A stretch of DNA of 64,000 nucleotides. It comes from Eledone cirrhosa (taxonomy: Eukaryota). A program made the position numbers and the translations under genes. The stretch covers positions 20,522,001-20,586,000 of the forward strand of contig OZ024765.1 in the NCBI GenBank assembly GCA_964016885.1. The letters are read 5' to 3'. The notes under the pieces were generated by a model, which was not told where the DNA came from, ran no database searches, and saw only the letters and a list, made by a program, of their open reading frames with translations. Shown here one piece after another: positions 12,442 to 28,600 of this stretch. Within the stretch, counting starts at the first letter, position 1; every line of letters begins with the position of its first letter.

Positions 12442-15400
12442 TAGAAATAAAACTAAATATGTAAAGTTTAGTGGCCCCTGATTTACTTGCTTTTAATTTC
12501 ATTTTGATAATCTGTATTCTGTAGACATATATTTATGATTTTAATGATGAAATTTCCTCTTGTCTTTAAAAGATTATTGCTTATAAAAATTAAAATAGTC
12601 ACCTCCTCCTCTCGATTAATATGTAGCTTACGCACAGGGGTTCCTCAACTGGGCGGTTTCAACTGTTGGGTGGGCGATGAGCAGCTGAACAGAAAATTGA
12701 GGGCCATTGGAAACTTTGGTGGCCGATATAGAATGTTGAGATTTAAGAAGGTATGCTACCCGAAAACCTATTCAAGGAATATATGCAAAGAACCTGAATA
12801 AAAATCAGGAAGCTAATTGGGAAAATTAAACCAGGAACAAACATTTACGAAACATATTTGGTATACTTTGGAATATTTACTATACAGGTGGCTGGTGGAA
12901 CATTTTTTCATGTGAATGTGGGAAATGACGCCAAAATATTTGGCAACCCTTGGCTTACACCTTACTAAATGTTCTGGAGACAAGCCTCTTAGCTATATAT
13001 CATAGTTCTTCAATCCTTCATCTTCCACAGTTGGTGAAGTATTTCGATTTGATATGACGATCGCAGAGTTAGATTTAGGACGTGGTGGCGTTCATGGGTT
13101 TCTTAGTGTTGTTACTAGAAAGGGTCGACTCTGTCTTTCACACTTCAGGTTTTTTTCATGAATTAAATATCCATTTTCTTTCTGATCGGTCTAACAATGA
13201 TTCGAACCTACAATGACTCCGTCTGTAATAATGTTCTCGTATTTGAAATATGTCATACCTAACTCCCGTGTCTGTGTGTGTGAAAAATATTCCAACTTAG
13301 AGCGACGTGCCCGTAAATTGTTTAGCCTGATTCCTATATATAGATAATGTGCAATATTTGAACCTTCATGGAGGGTCTTTGCCGTAATTTCCCGTAACTC
13401 CGACTAGAAGTCATTATGTAGTTTTTTCGTCCGTTAAAAATAATGATTAAAACAATTCTATATCCACAGTTATATACACCTCTTCATCACATATTATATT
13501 ATTTCCACCAATAACTACATTATATCCTTAAATATGACACCAAGACATATAATTTGTAAATAAAAGATAAAATATTAAAACCTCAATTTTTAAATAATTT
13601 TACCAACCCTTTGTGTTCTCAGTTTTTAGATTAACCCATAATTTTATGATTTTGGAGCATATAACTTATAGTACCAGTCATGTACTGGGATCAATTTAAC
13701 GGATTGGTTCCTCCCCGCAAATTACTTGACTTTTGCCTAAGTAAGACATACTCACAGAATGTATCGATGTACATGTATGAATGTATAGATATATATATAT
13801 ATTAGTAATTTTATGTTTACAATAAAAATAGACAAACAATTTAATGATAATATGAAATGAAATTATTATTATTTATTAATAATATTTTTATTGTTTTCAC
13901 TGCATTAACTTCTGAGTGCGACTTTGTTTTTCTTATTATCTTCTACTGTAAATGGCGGCTTAATTGGATTATTACTAAGGTTTACTGGATTGTGGTGTTT
14001 CTTTATTGTTTTATATTTCAATCAGTGGACATCAGGATAGCTTTCTATATACCTGGGATAAATGTAAATAGTACTGACTTTCATCTGCAGTTCAATGGTG
14101 ATGTCTTCTTATATTTTCATTTACTTCTGCAATACTGTATATTGTAGTCTTTTCATTATTTTAAATATTTCTATCATGTCACTCGTTTGATATATCTCCC
14201 CGAAAGATATAGTTATTCAGAGCTTTACATTGGAATAGTGTACTACTATTTAAATATTAGTCCTTTAAATATATATTTCTATCATGTCCCCCCCCCCCCC
14301 CCCCCCCACCCTCTTAGATTTATCTCCTCTAAATTTGCAATCCCTAAAGTTTAACATCTTTCTTCAGAAGACGATTTCTTAATAATTCTGGTGTTTTCTG
14401 TTTTGTTCTTTTCTGGATTCCTTCAATAGCTTCTCCGTATTTTCTGAAGTCGTCTGACCATGCCCCAAAACAATATTCTAGGTCGTATCACATATCATTC
14501 AACTAGTGTTTTAGACCTCTCGACATTTAGCTAGGCAAAGGAATGTATTATTATTCCTATCATCTGAATTCCTTTTTTCTCTTCAACATGTTTAGCCATC
14601 TTTAAAATCATATTCATACATATTCACAATTCCTCGTGGAGGGGTATAAGAGACATGTATAAATATAGCTGCATATTACTACAAAATAACTTGAACCATA
14701 TCGCGAAACATTTTGTAAATTATCTCTGTAATTATTCTCATTTCGATTTTCTGTAGAATGTATTGACGTTTAAGATAGAGACAATTGCCCTTCTAATAAT
14801 CTCTTTGTCCATTCCATGTTTAGTCTCACAAAATATTGTTAATGCAAGATTTTGTTCTAATGTAATAAATGTTACTTTTAAAAGACCGAAGTTCTCAATT
14901 TTCTTCTTTCTCTTGTATACTGATATCTAAAGGATGACAAATGTATGAATTATGTGATAGGGAGGAAAAAAGCCACGACCTTCTTCTCTCGTTACAGAAG
15001 GCTAACTGACAACGTCTTTCGCAGGAGTGACTAGTACTACTGCCTTTTATATATCGTGACAACTGGAAAGACGTGACAAATAAGGATACACTCTGCTCTC
15101 CTTATTAACATTGTCCGAGTCTGAGGACCTTTCCTCCCTGGTTAAGGAGTGAGATAAAATATTAGGGATCAATCTCTAGCAATAATTTCATTAAATCATA
15201 TTTAACCAGAGACTGTTATGTCGTGGTTGTTGCTATATTTTATAGTCGTGGTTTCAATGTTTAACAGGGGTTGTAGAATTAGCTTTATCTACTTATTATC
15301 AAACAAAACAGATTTATATATTGTCGCCGTTGTACGTTAAAATCACATATATATTTACATACACACCAAGGATGGAGGGACGACGGAATTGAAAAGCATT

Positions 15401-15618
15401 ATTGCTGAGTACATCACGGCAAGATCTAATACACACACACACACACACACTCTCCCGTATATATTTAATAATCAGCTATGACCATGAAGAAGGTCCCTGT
15501 AGATCATCTGGTTGTAGGATCTAATGAACCCGAAAGAAAGTGAAAATATATTTTATGAAAGCCCCAGAAGAATAAATGTAAACATTGACCCGATTATAGT
15601 AGAAATAAGAATGAGAAA

Positions 15619-16399
15619 GCCATGAACGCCAGCACATCTATTTTGCTTGGAATTTGAAAGTAGGTTTATAAATATAAATGTTTTCTTATGTACTTGTATC
15701 TGTTTCGTTGGCCTAATGGTAGGTGTTAGAGACTATGTAGACACTGATGTGGTGTTCAATCTCAGTCCGAATCTGTACTATATATTTTTAAATTTAAATT
15801 TTTCTCTAGTAAAGTAAAAAATGAAATTATTATTTCTAGACTTTGACTGAAATCGAAACCCAGAGCAGGTTCTCCACCGTCTCTAATACCTACCATTAGG
15901 CCACGGAGACAGATATAAAACAGTGTGAAAATTAATATTTATAAAGTTACTTTTTTATTTTTGTTTTATACTATAAAAACTATAATACGACACACTGCTA
16001 GCGATTGAACCCCGCACCTGCACCTCCACCGGCTCTTATACTTACCACTAGGCTAAAGGGACGGTTACGGAAACTTACTGAAAATTGATATTTATAAACC
16101 TACTTTTTCATTACTAGAAAAAACCGGAAGTGGAGAAAATTAAAAAACATCTTCTTTTTCTTCCTCTGATTTTTTTTTATCCAAAATTTGGATTTAAGTC
16201 AGAGACGAGTTATCGTTCGTGGCAAAAATCAGAGGAAGAAAAAGAAAAAGTTTTTCAATTTTCTCCACTTCCGGCTTTTTCTAGTATAGGTAAGTAAATA
16301 TTAATTTTCAATGCATTTTTGTAACCGTCCCTGTGGCCTAATGGTAAGCACTAGAGACGGTGGAGATCCTGATTTAGGGTTCGATTTCCGTTAGGTTTT
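15619..16399. ncRNA. Four-unit tRNA-like cassette, array copy 4
   Basis: Near-identical to 1808-2589. Confidence 0.6.
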
Positions 16400-19300
16400 A
16401 TACTAATAACTGCGTATTTGTTGCTTTTATTAAGTAAGATTTGAACTAATAATGCTGTACTTTGTAGTAATGTCCCATATTATATTCAACATATTTTAAT
16501 TAAAACTTTTTTTTTTTATAAAAGAAAGAACAAAATACCTTATTGAAATTAAGAAATGAATTTTATTCAGTAAAGTTGTTTTTATTTTGTTTTCACTTCA
16601 TTAACTGCTGAATACGTCTTTTGTTTTTGTTTTTGATTCTTTCTAACCATTGTTTACTGTGAATGGTGACTGCAACGAACCTGGATTATTACCAAGTTTC
16701 ACTGGATGATTGTATTATTTTGTTGTCAGTGGACATCTGGACATCTATCTAAATACCTGGAATAAACACAAGGTGTGTGTTTTACGTAACATTTCATTTT
16801 AATGTCTGATGTTCCTGTATTTCACATTTAAAATGTAACCAAAAATAAACAAGACAGGGACGCTACATCAAAATAAACCACACAGACGAGGTACGAATAA
16901 TCTAAAATTAATTTTAACAAACTATAAACGATGTTTAAAGAGAGACGAACATTAAAATAGGATTTCAAACAAACACGTAAACACAAAGACAATTACAGCC
17001 GCCATAATCTAATATCTGAAGATCAACATTTTTCACGATAGAAATAAAACTAAATATGTAAAGTTTAGTGGCCCCTGATTTACTTGCTTTTAATTTCATT
17101 TTGATAATCTGTATTCTGTAGACATATATTTATGATTTTAATGATGAAATTTCCTCTTGTCTTTAGAAGATTATTACTTATAAATATTATAATAGTCACC
17201 TCTTCCTCTCGATTAATATGTAGCTTACCCACAGGGGTTCCTCAACTGGGCGGTTTCAACTGTTGGGTGGGCGATGAGCAGCTGAACAGAAAATTGAGGG
17301 CCATTGGAAACTTTGGTGGCCGATATAGAATTTTGAGATTTAAGAAGGTATGCTACCCGAAAACCTATTCAAGGAATATATGCAAAGAACCTGAATAAAA
17401 ATCAGGAAGCTAATTGGGAAAATTAAACCAGGAACAAACATTTACGAAACATATTTGGTATACTTTGGAATATTTACTATACAGGTGGCTGGTGGAACAT
17501 CTTTTCATGTGAATGTGGGAAATGACGCCAAAATATTTGGCAACCCTTGGCCTACACCTTACTAAATGTTCTGGAGACAAGCCTCTTAGCTATATATCAT
17601 AGTTCTTCAATCCTTCATCTTCCACAGTTGGTGAAGTATTTCGATTTGATATGACGATCGCAGAGTTAGATTTAGGACGTGGTGGCGTTCATGGGTTTCT
17701 TAGTGTTGTTACTAGAAAGGGTCGACTCTGTCTTTCACACTTCAGGTTTTTTCATGAATTAAATATCCATTTTCTTTCTGATCGGTCTAACAATGATTCG
17801 AACCTACAATGACTCCGTCTGTAATAATGTTCTCTTATTTGAAATATGCCATACCTAACTCCCGTGTCTGTGTGTGTGAAAAATATTCCAACTTAGAGCG
17901 ACGTGCCCGTAAATTGTTTAGCCTGATTCCTATATATAGATAATGTGTAATATTTGAACCTTCATGGAGGGTCTTTGCCGTAATTTCCCGTAACTCCGAC
18001 TAGAAGTCATTATGTAGTTTTTTCGTCCGTTAAAAATAATGATTAAAACAATTCTATATCCACAGTTATATACACCTCTTCATCACATATTATATTATTT
18101 CCACCAATAACTAGATTATATCCTTAAATATGACACCAAGACATATAATTTGTAAATAAAAGATAAAATATTAAAACCTCAATTTTTAAATAATTTTACC
18201 AACCCTTTTTGTTCTCAGTTTTTAGATTAACCCATAATTTTATGATTTTGGAGCATATAACTTATAGTACCAGTCATGTACTGGGATCAATTTAACGGAT
18301 TGGTTCCTCCCCGCAAATTACTTGACTTTTGCCTAAGTAAGACATACTCACAGAATGTATCGATGTACATGTATGAATGTATAGATATATATATATATTA
18401 GTAATTTTATGTTTACAATAAAAATAGACAAACAATTTAATGATAATATGAAATGAAATTATTATTATTTATTAATAATATTTTTATTGTTTTCACTGCA
18501 TTAACTTCTGAGTGCGACTTTGTTTTTCTTATTATCTTCTACTGTAAATGGCGGCTTAATTGGATTATTACTAAGGTTTACTGGATTGTGGTGTTTCTTT
18601 ATTGTTTTATATTTCAATCAGTGGACATCAGGATAGCTTTCTATATACCTGGGATAAATGTAAATAGTACTGACTTTCATCTGCAGTTCAATGGTGATGT
18701 CTTCTTATATTTTCATTTACTTCTGCAATACTGTATATTGTAGTCTTTTCATTATTTTAAATATTTCTATCATGTCACTCGTTTGATATATCTCCCCGAA
18801 AGATATAGTTATTCAGAGCTTTACATTGGAATAGTGTACTACTATTTAAATATTAGTCCTTTAAATATATATTTCTATCATGTCCCCCCCACCCTCTTAG
18901 ATTTATCTCCTCTAAATTTGCAATCCCTAAAGTTTAACATCTTTCTTCAGAAGACGATTTCTTAATAATTCTGGTGTTTTCTGTTTTGTTCTTTTCTGGA
19001 TTCCTTCAATAGCTTCTCCGTATTTTCTGAAGTCGTCTGACCATGCCCCAAAACAATATTCTAGGTCGTATCACATATCATTCAACTAGTGTTTTAGACC
19101 TCTCGACATTTAGCTAGGCAAAGGAATGTATTATTATTCCTATCATCTGAATTCCTTTTTTCTCTTCAACATGTTTAGCCATCTTTAAAATCATATTCAT
19201 ACATATTCACAATTCCTCGTGGAGGGGTATAAGAGACATGTATAAATATAGCTGCATATTACTACAAAATAACTTGAACCATATCGCGAAACATTTTGTA

Positions 19301-20199
19301 AATTATCTCTGTAATTATTCTCATTTCGATTTTCTGTAGAATGTATTGACGTTTAAGATAGAGACAATTGCCCTTCTAATAATCTCTTTGTCCATTCCAT
19401 GTTTAGTCTCACAAAATATTGTTAATGCAAGATTTTGTTCTAATGTAATAAATGTTACTTTTAAAAGACCGAAGTTCTCAATTTTCTTCTTTCTCTTGTA
19501 TATTGATATCTAAAGGATGACAAATGTATGAATTATGTGATAGGGAGGAAAAAAGCCACGACCTTCTTCTCTCGTTACAGAAGGCTAACTGACAATGTCT
19601 TTCGCAGGAGTGACTAGTACTACTGCCTTTTATATATCGTGACAACTGGAAAGACGTGACAAATAAGGATACACTCTGCTCTCCTTATTAACATTGTCCG
19701 AGTCTGAGGACCTTTCCTCCCTGGTTAAGGAGTGAGATAAAATATTAGGGATCAATCTCTAGCAATAATTTCATTAAATCATATTTAACCAGAGACTGTT
19801 ATGTCGTGGTTGTTGCTATATTTTATAGTCGTAGTTTCAATGTTTAACAGGGGTTGTAGAATTAGTTTTATCTACTTATTATCAAACAAAACAGATTTAT
19901 ATATTGTCGCCGTTGTACGTTAAAATCACATATATATTTACATACACACCAAGGATGGAGGGACGACGGAATTGAAAAGCATTATTGCTGAGTACATCAC
20001 GGCAAGATCTAATACACACACACACACACACTCTCCCGTATATATTTAATAATCAGCTATGACCATGAAGAAGGTCCCTGTAGATCATCTGGTTGTAGGA
20101 TCTAATGAACCCGAAAGAAAGTGAAAATATATTTTATGAAAGCCCCAGAAGAATAAATGTAAACATTGACCCGATTATAGTAGAAATAAGAATGAGAAA

Positions 20200-20978
20200 G
20201 CCATGAACGCCAGCACATCTATTTTGCTTGGAAATTGAAAGTAGGTTTATAAATATAAATTTTTTCTTATGTTCTTGTATCTGTTTCGTTGGCCTAATGG
20301 TAGGTGTTAGAGACTATGTAGACACTGATGTGGTGTTCAATCTCAGTCCGAATCTGTACTATATATTTTTAAATTTAAATTTTTCTCTAGTAAAGTAAAA
20401 AATAAAATTATTATCTATAGACTTTGACTAAAATCGAAACCCAGAGCAGGTTCTCCACCGTCTCTAATACCTACCATTAGGCCACGGAGACAGATATAAA
20501 AACAGTGTGAAAATTAATATTTATAAAGTTACTTTTTTATTTTTGTTTTATACTATAAAAACTATAATACGACACACTGCCAGTGATCGAACCCCGGACC
20601 TGGACCTCCACCGGCTCTTATACTTACCACTAGGCTAAAGAGACGGTTACGGAAACTTATTGAAAATTGATATTTATAAACCTACTTTTTCATTACTAGA
20701 AAAAACCGGAAGTGGAGAAAATTGAAAAACATCTTTTTCTTCCTCTGATTTTTTTTAATCCAAAATTTGGATTTAAGTCAGAGACGAGTTATCGTTCGTG
20801 GCAAAAATCAGAGGAAGAAAAAGAAAAAGTTTTTCAATTTTCTCCACTTCCGGCTTTTTCTAGTATAGGTAAGTAAATATTAATTTTCAATGCATTTTTG
20901 TAACCGTCCCTGTGGCCTAATGGTAAGCACTAGAGACGGTGGAGATCCTGATTTAGGGTTCGATTTCCGTTAGGTTTT
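20200..20978. ncRNA. Four-unit tRNA-like cassette, array copy 5
   Basis: Near-identical to 1808-2589. Confidence 0.6.
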
Positions 20979-23900
20979 ATACTAATAACTGCGTATTTGT
21001 TGCTTTTATTAAGTAAGATTTGAACTAATAATGCTGTACTTTGTAGTAATGTCCCATATTATATTCAACATATTTTAAATAAAACTTTTTTTTTTTATAA
21101 AAGAAAGAACAAAAAACCTTATTGAAATTAAGAAATGAATTTTATTCAGTAAAGTTGTTTTTATTTTGTTTTCACTTCATTAACTGCTGAATACGTCTTT
21201 TGTTTTTGTTTTTGATTCTTTCTAACCATTGTTTACTGTGAATGGTGACTGCAACGAACCTGGATTATTACCAAGTTTCACTGGATGATTGTATTATTTT
21301 GTTGTCAGTGGACATCTGGACATCTATCTAAATACCTGGAATAAACACAAGGTGTGTGTTTTACGTAACATTTCATTTTAATGTCTGATGTTCCTGTATT
21401 TCACATTTAAAATGTAACCAAAAATAAACAAGACAGGGACGCTACATCAAAATAAACCACACAGACGAGGTACGAATAATCTAAAATTAATTTTAACAAA
21501 CTATAAACGATGTTTAAAGAGAGATGAACATTAAAATAGGATTTCAAACAAACACGTAAACACAAAGACAATTACAGCCTCCATAATCTAATATCTGAAG
21601 ATCAACATTTTTCACGATAGAAATAAAACTAAATATGTAAAGTTTAGTGGCCCCTGATTTACTTGCTTTTAATTTCATTTTGATAATCTGTATTCTGTAG
21701 ACATATATTTATGATTTTAATGATGAAATTTCCTCTTGTCTTTAAAAGATTATTACTTATAAAAATTATAATAGTCACCTCCTCCTCTCGATTAATATGT
21801 AGCTTACCCACAGGGGTTCCTCAACTGGGCGGTTTCAACTGTTGGGTGGGCGATGAGCAGCTGAACAGAAAATTGAGGGCCATTGGAAACTTTGGTGGCC
21901 GATATAGAATTTTGAGATTTAAGAAGGTATGCTACCCGAAAACCTATTCAAGGAATATATGCAAAGAACCTGAATAAAAATCAGGAAGCTAATTGGGAAA
22001 ATTAAACCAGGAACAAACATTTACGAAACATATTTGGTATACTTTGGAATATTTACTATACAGGTGGCTGGTGGAACATCTTTTCATGTGAATGTGGGAA
22101 ATGACGCCAAAATATTTGGCAACCCTTGGCCTACACCTTACTAAATGTTCTGGAGACAAGCCTCTTCGCTATATATCATAGTTCTTCAATCCTTCATCTT
22201 CCACAGTTGGTGAAGTATTTCGATTTGATATGACGATCGCAGAGTTAGATTTAGGACGTGGTGGCGTTCATGGGTTTCTTAGTGTTGTTACTAGAAAGGG
22301 TCGACTCTGTCTTTCACACTTCAGGTTTTTTCATGAATTAAATATCCATTTTCTTTCTGATCGGTCTAACAATGATTTGAACCTACAATGACTCCGTCTG
22401 TAATAACGTTCTCTTATTTGAAATAATACATACCTAACTCCCGTGTCTGTGTGTGTGAAAAATATTCCAACTTAAAGCGACGTGCCCGTAAATTGTTTAG
22501 CCTGATTCCTATATATAGATAATGTGTAATATTTGAACCTTCATGGAGGGTCTTTGCCGTAATTTCCCGTAACTCCGACTAGAATTCATTATGTAGTTTT
22601 TTCGTCCGTTAAAAATAATGATTAAAACAGTTCTATATCCACAGTTATATACACCTCTTCATCACATATTATATTATTTCCACCAATAACTACATTATAT
22701 CCTTAAATATGACACCAAGACATATAATTTGTAAATAAAAGATAAAATATTAAAACCTCAATTTTTAAATAATTTTACCCCACCTTTGTGTTCAGGTTAA
22801 CCCATAATTTTATGATTTTGGAGCATATAACTTATCGTACCAGTCATGTACTGGGATCAATTTAACGGATTGGTTCCTCCCCGCAAATTACTTGACTTTT
22901 GCCTAAGTAAGACATACTCACAGAATGTATCGATGTACATGTATGAATGTATATATATATATATATATATATTAGTATATTTTATGTTTACAATAAAAAT
23001 AGACAAACAATTTAATGATAATATGAAATGAAATTATTATTATTTATTAATAATATTTTTATTGTTTTCACTGCATTAACTTCTGAGTGTGACTTTGTTT
23101 TTCTTACTATTTTCTACTGTAAATGGCGGCTTAATTGGATTATTACTAAGGTTTACTGGATTGTGGTGTTTCTTTATTGTTTTATATTTCAATCAGTGGA
23201 CATCAGGATAGCTTTCTATATACCTGGGATAAATGTAAAGAGTACTGACTTTCATCTGCAGTTCAATGGTGATGTCTTCTTATATTTTCATTTACTTCTG
23301 CAATACTGTAGTCTTTTCATTATTTTAAATATTTCTATCATGTCACTCGTTTGATATATCTCCCCGAAAGATATAGTTATTCAGAGCTTTACATTGGAAT
23401 AGTGTACTACTATTTAAATATTAGTCCTTTAAATATATATTTCTATCATGTACCCCCCCCCCCCCCTCTTAGATTTATCTCCTCTAAATTTGCAATCCCT
23501 AAAGTTTAACATCTTTCTTCAGAAGACAGATTTCTTAATAATTCTGGTGTTTTCTGTTTTGTTCTTTTCTGGATTCCTTTAATAGCTTCTCCGTATTTTC
23601 TGAAGTCGTCTGACCATGCCCCAAAACAATATTCTAGGTCGTATCACACATATCATTCAACTAGTGTTTTAGACCTCTCGACATTTAGCTAGGCAAAGGA
23701 ATGTTTTATTATTCCTATCATCTGAATTCCTTTTTTTTCTTCAACATGTTTAGCCATCTTTAAAATCATATTCATACATATTCACAATTCCTCGTGGAGG
23801 GGTATAAGAGACATGTATAAATATAGCTGCATATTACTACAAAATAACTTGAACCGTATCGCGAAACATTTTGTAAAGTATCTCTGTAATTATTCTCATT

Positions 23901-24592
23901 TCGATTTTCTGTAGAATGTATTGACGTTTAAAAAAAGAGACAATTGCCCTTCTGCTAATAATCTCTTTGTCCATTCCATGTTTAGTCTCACAAAATATTG
24001 TTAATGTAAGATTTTGCTCTAATGTAATAAATGTTACTTTTAAAAGACCGAAGTTCTCAATTTTCTTCTTTCTCTTGTATATTGATATCTAAAGGATGAC
24101 AAATGTATGAATTATGTTATAGGGAGGGAAAAAAAGCCACGACCTTCTTCTCTCGTTACAGAAGGCTAACTGACAACGTCTTTCGCAGGAGTGACTAGTA
24201 CTACTGCCTTTTATATACCGTGACAACTGGAAAGACGTGACAAATAAGGATACACTCTGCTCTCCTTATCAACATTGTCCGAGTCTGAGGACCTTTCCTC
24301 CCTGGTTAAGGAGTGAGATAAAATATTAGGGATCAATCTCTAGCAATAATTTCATTAAATCATATTTAACCAGAGACTGTTATGTCGTGGTTGTTGCTAT
24401 ATTTTATAGTCGTGGTTTCAATGTTTAACAGGGGTTGTAGAATTAGATTTATCTAATTATTATCAAACAAAACAGATTTATATATTGTCGCCGTTGTACG
24501 TTAAAATCACATATATATTTATATACACACCAAGGATGGAGGGACGACGGAATTGAAAACCATTATTGCTGAGTACATCACGGCAAGATCTA

Positions 24593-24656
<64 letters not shown>

Positions 24657-24820
24657 CCGTATATATTTAATAATCAGCTATGACCATGAAGAAGGTCCCT
24701 GTAGATCATCTGGTTGTAGGATCTAATGAACCCGAAAGAAAGTGAAAATATATTTTATGAAAGCCCCAGAAGAATAAATGTAAACATTGACCCGATTATA
24801 GTAGAAATAAGAATGAGAAA

Positions 24821-25602
24821 GCCATGAACGCCAGCACATCTATTTTGCTTGGAAACTGAAAGTAGGTTTATAAATATAAATTTTTTCTTATGTTCTTGTA
24901 TCTGTTTCGTTGGCCTAATGGTAGGTGTTAGAGACTATGTAGACACTGATGTGGTGTTCAATCTCAGTCCGAATCTGTACTATATATTTTTAAATTTAAA
25001 TTTTTCTCTAGTAAAGTAAAAAATAAAATTATTATCTATAGACTTTGACTAAAATCGAAACCCAGAGCAGGTTCTCCACCGTCTCTAATACCTACCATTA
25101 GGCCACGGAGACAGATATAAAAACAGTGTGAAAATTAATATTTATAAAGTTACTTTTTTATTTTTGTTTTATACTATAAAAACTATAATACGACACACTG
25201 CCAGTGATCGAACCCCGGACCTGGACCTCCACCGGCTCTTATACTTACCACTAGGCTAAAGAGACGGTTACGGAAACTTATTGAAAATTGATATTTATAA
25301 ACCTACTTTTTCATTACTAGAAAAAACCGGAAGTGGAGAAAATTGAAAAACATCTTCTTTTTCTTCCTCTGATTTTTTTTAATCCAAAATTTGGATTTAA
25401 GTCAGAGACGAGTTATCGTTCGTGGCAAAAATCAGAGGAAGAAAAAGAAAAAGTTTTTCAATTTTCTCCACTTCCGGTTTTTTCTAGTATAGGTAAGTAA
25501 ATATTAATTTTCAATGCATTTTTGTAACCGTCCCTGTGGCCTAATGGTAAGTGCTAGAGACGGTGGAGGTCCTGATTTAGGGTTCGATTTCCGTTAGGTT
25601 TT
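24821..25602. ncRNA. Four-unit tRNA-like cassette, array copy 6
   Basis: Near-identical to 1808-2589. Confidence 0.6.
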
Positions 25603-28600
25603 ATACTAATAACTGCGTATTTGTTGCTTTTATTAAGTAAGATTTGAACTAATAATGCTGTACTTTGTAGTAATGTCCCATATTATATTCAACATATTTT
25701 AAATAAAACTTTTTTTTTTTATAAAAGAAAGAACAAAAAACCTTATTGAAATTAAGAAATGAATTTTATTCAGTAAAGTTGTTTTTATTTTGTTTTCACT
25801 TCATTAACTGCTGAATACGTCTTTTGTTTTTGTTTTTGATTCTTTCTAACCATTGTTTACTGTGAATGGTGACTGCAACGAACCTGGATTATTACCAAGT
25901 TTCACTGGATGATTGTATTATTTTGTTGTCAGTGGACATCTGGACATCTATCTAAATACCTGGAATAAACACAAGGTGTGTGTTTTACGTAACATTTCAT
26001 TTTAATGTCTGATGTTCCTGTATTTCACATTTAAAATGTAACCAAAAATAAACAAGACAGGGACGCTACATCAAAATAAACCACACAGACGAGGTACGAA
26101 TAATCTAAAATTAATTTTAACAAACTATAAACGATGTTTAAAGAGAGATGAACATTAAAATAGGATTTCAAACAAACACGTAAACACAAAGACAATTACA
26201 GCCTCCATAATCTAATATCTGAAGATCAACATTTTTCACGATAGAAATAAAACTAAATATGTAAAGTTTAGTGGCCCCTGATTTACTTGCTTTTAATTTC
26301 ATTTTGATAATCTGTATTCTGTAGACATATATTTATGATTTTAATGATGAAATTTCCTCTTGTCTTTAAAAGATTATTACTTATAAAAATTATAATAGTC
26401 ACCTCCTCCTCTCGATTAATATGTAGCTTACCCACAGGGGTTCCTCAACTGGGCGGTTTCAACTGTTGGGTGGGCGATGAGCAGCTGAACAGAAAATTGA
26501 GGGCCATTGGAAACTTTGGTGGCCGATATAGAATTTTGAGATTTAAGAAGGTATGCTACCCGAAAACCTATTCAAGGAATATATGCAAAGAACCTGAATA
26601 AAAATCAGGAAGCTAATTGGGAAAATTAAACCAGGAACAAACATTTACGAAACATATTTGGTATACTTTGGAATATTTACTATACAGGTGGCTGGTGGAA
26701 CATCTTTTCATGTGAATGTGGGAAATGACGCCAAAATATTTGGCAACCCTTGGCCTACACCTTACTAAATGTTCTGGAGACAAGCCTCTTCGCTATATAT
26801 CATAGTTCTTCAATCCTTCATCTTCCACAGTTGGTGAAGTATTTCGATTTGATATGACGATCGCAGAGTTAGATTTAGGACGTGGTGGCGTTCATGGGTT
26901 TCTTAGTGTTGTTACTAGAAAGGGTCGACTCTGTCTTTCACACTTCAGGTTTTTTCATGAATTAAATATCCATTTTCTTTCTGATCGGTCTAACAATGAT
27001 TTGAACCTACAATGACTCCGTCTGTAATAACGTTCTCTTATTTGAAATAATACATACCTAACTCCCGTGTCTGTGTGTGTGAAAAATATTCCAACTTAAA
27101 GCGACGTGCCCGTAAATTGTTTAGCCTGATTCCTATATATAGATAATGTGTAATATTTTAACCTTCATGGAGGGTCTTTGCCGTAATTTCCCGTAACTCC
27201 GACTAGAATTCATTATGTAGTTTTTTCGTCCGTTAAAAATAATGATTAAAACAGTTCTATATCCACAGTTATATACACCTCTTCATCACATATTATATTA
27301 TTTCCACCAATAACTACATTATATCCTTAAATATGACACCAAGACATATAATTTGTAAATAAAAGATAAAATATTAAAACCTCAATTTTTAAATAATTTT
27401 ACCCCACCTTTGTGTTCAGGTTAACCCATAATTTTATGATTTTGGAGCATATAACTTATCGTACCAGTCATGTACTGGGATCAATTTAACGGATTGGTTC
27501 CTCCCCGCAAATTACTTGACTTTTGCCTAAGTAAGACATACTCACAGAATGTATCGATGTACATGTATGAATGTATATATATATATATATATATATTAGT
27601 ATATTTTATGTTTACAATAAAAATAGACAAACAATTTAATGATAATATGAAATGAAATTATTATTATTTATTAATAATATTTTTATTGTTTTCACTGCAT
27701 TAACTTCTGAGTGTGACTTTGTTTTTCTTACTATTTTCTACTGTAAATGGCGGCTTAATTGGATTATTACTAAGGTTTACTGGATTGTGGTGTTTCTTTA
27801 TTGTTTTATATTTCAATCAGTGGACATCAGGATAGCTTTCTATATACCTGGGATAAATGTAAAGAGTACTGACTTTCATCTGCAGTTCAATGGTGATGTC
27901 TTCTTATATTTTCATTTACTTCTGCAATACTGTAGTCTTTTCATTATTTTAAATATTTCTATCATGTCACTCGTTTGATATATCTCCCCGAAAGATATAG
28001 TTATTCAGAGCTTTACATTGGAATAGTGTACTACTATTTAAATATTAGTCCTTTAAATATATATTTCTATCATGTACCCCCCCCCCCCCTCTTAGATTTA
28101 TCTCCTCTAAATTTGCAATCCCTAAAGTTTAACATCTTTCTTCAGAAGACAGATTTCTTAATAATTCTGGTGTTTTCTGTTTTGTTCTTTTCTGGATTCC
28201 TTTAATAGCTTCTCCGTATTTTCTGAAGTCGTCTGACCATGCCCCAAAACAATATTCTAGGTCGTATCACACATATCATTCAACTAGTGTTTTAGACCTC
28301 TCGACATTTAGCTAGGCAAAGGAATGTTTTATTATTCCTATCATCTGAATTCCTTTTTTTTCTTCAACATGTTTAGCCATCTTTAAAATCATATTCATAC
28401 ATATTCACAATTCCTCGTGGAGGGGTATAAGAGACATGTATAAATAAAGCTGCATATTACTACAAAATAACTTGAACCGTATCGCGAAACATTTTGTAAA
28501 GTATCTCTGTAATTATTCTCATTTCGATTTTCTGTAGAATGTATTGACGTTTAAAAAAAGAGACAATTGCCCTTCTGCTAATAATCTCTTTGTCCATTCC

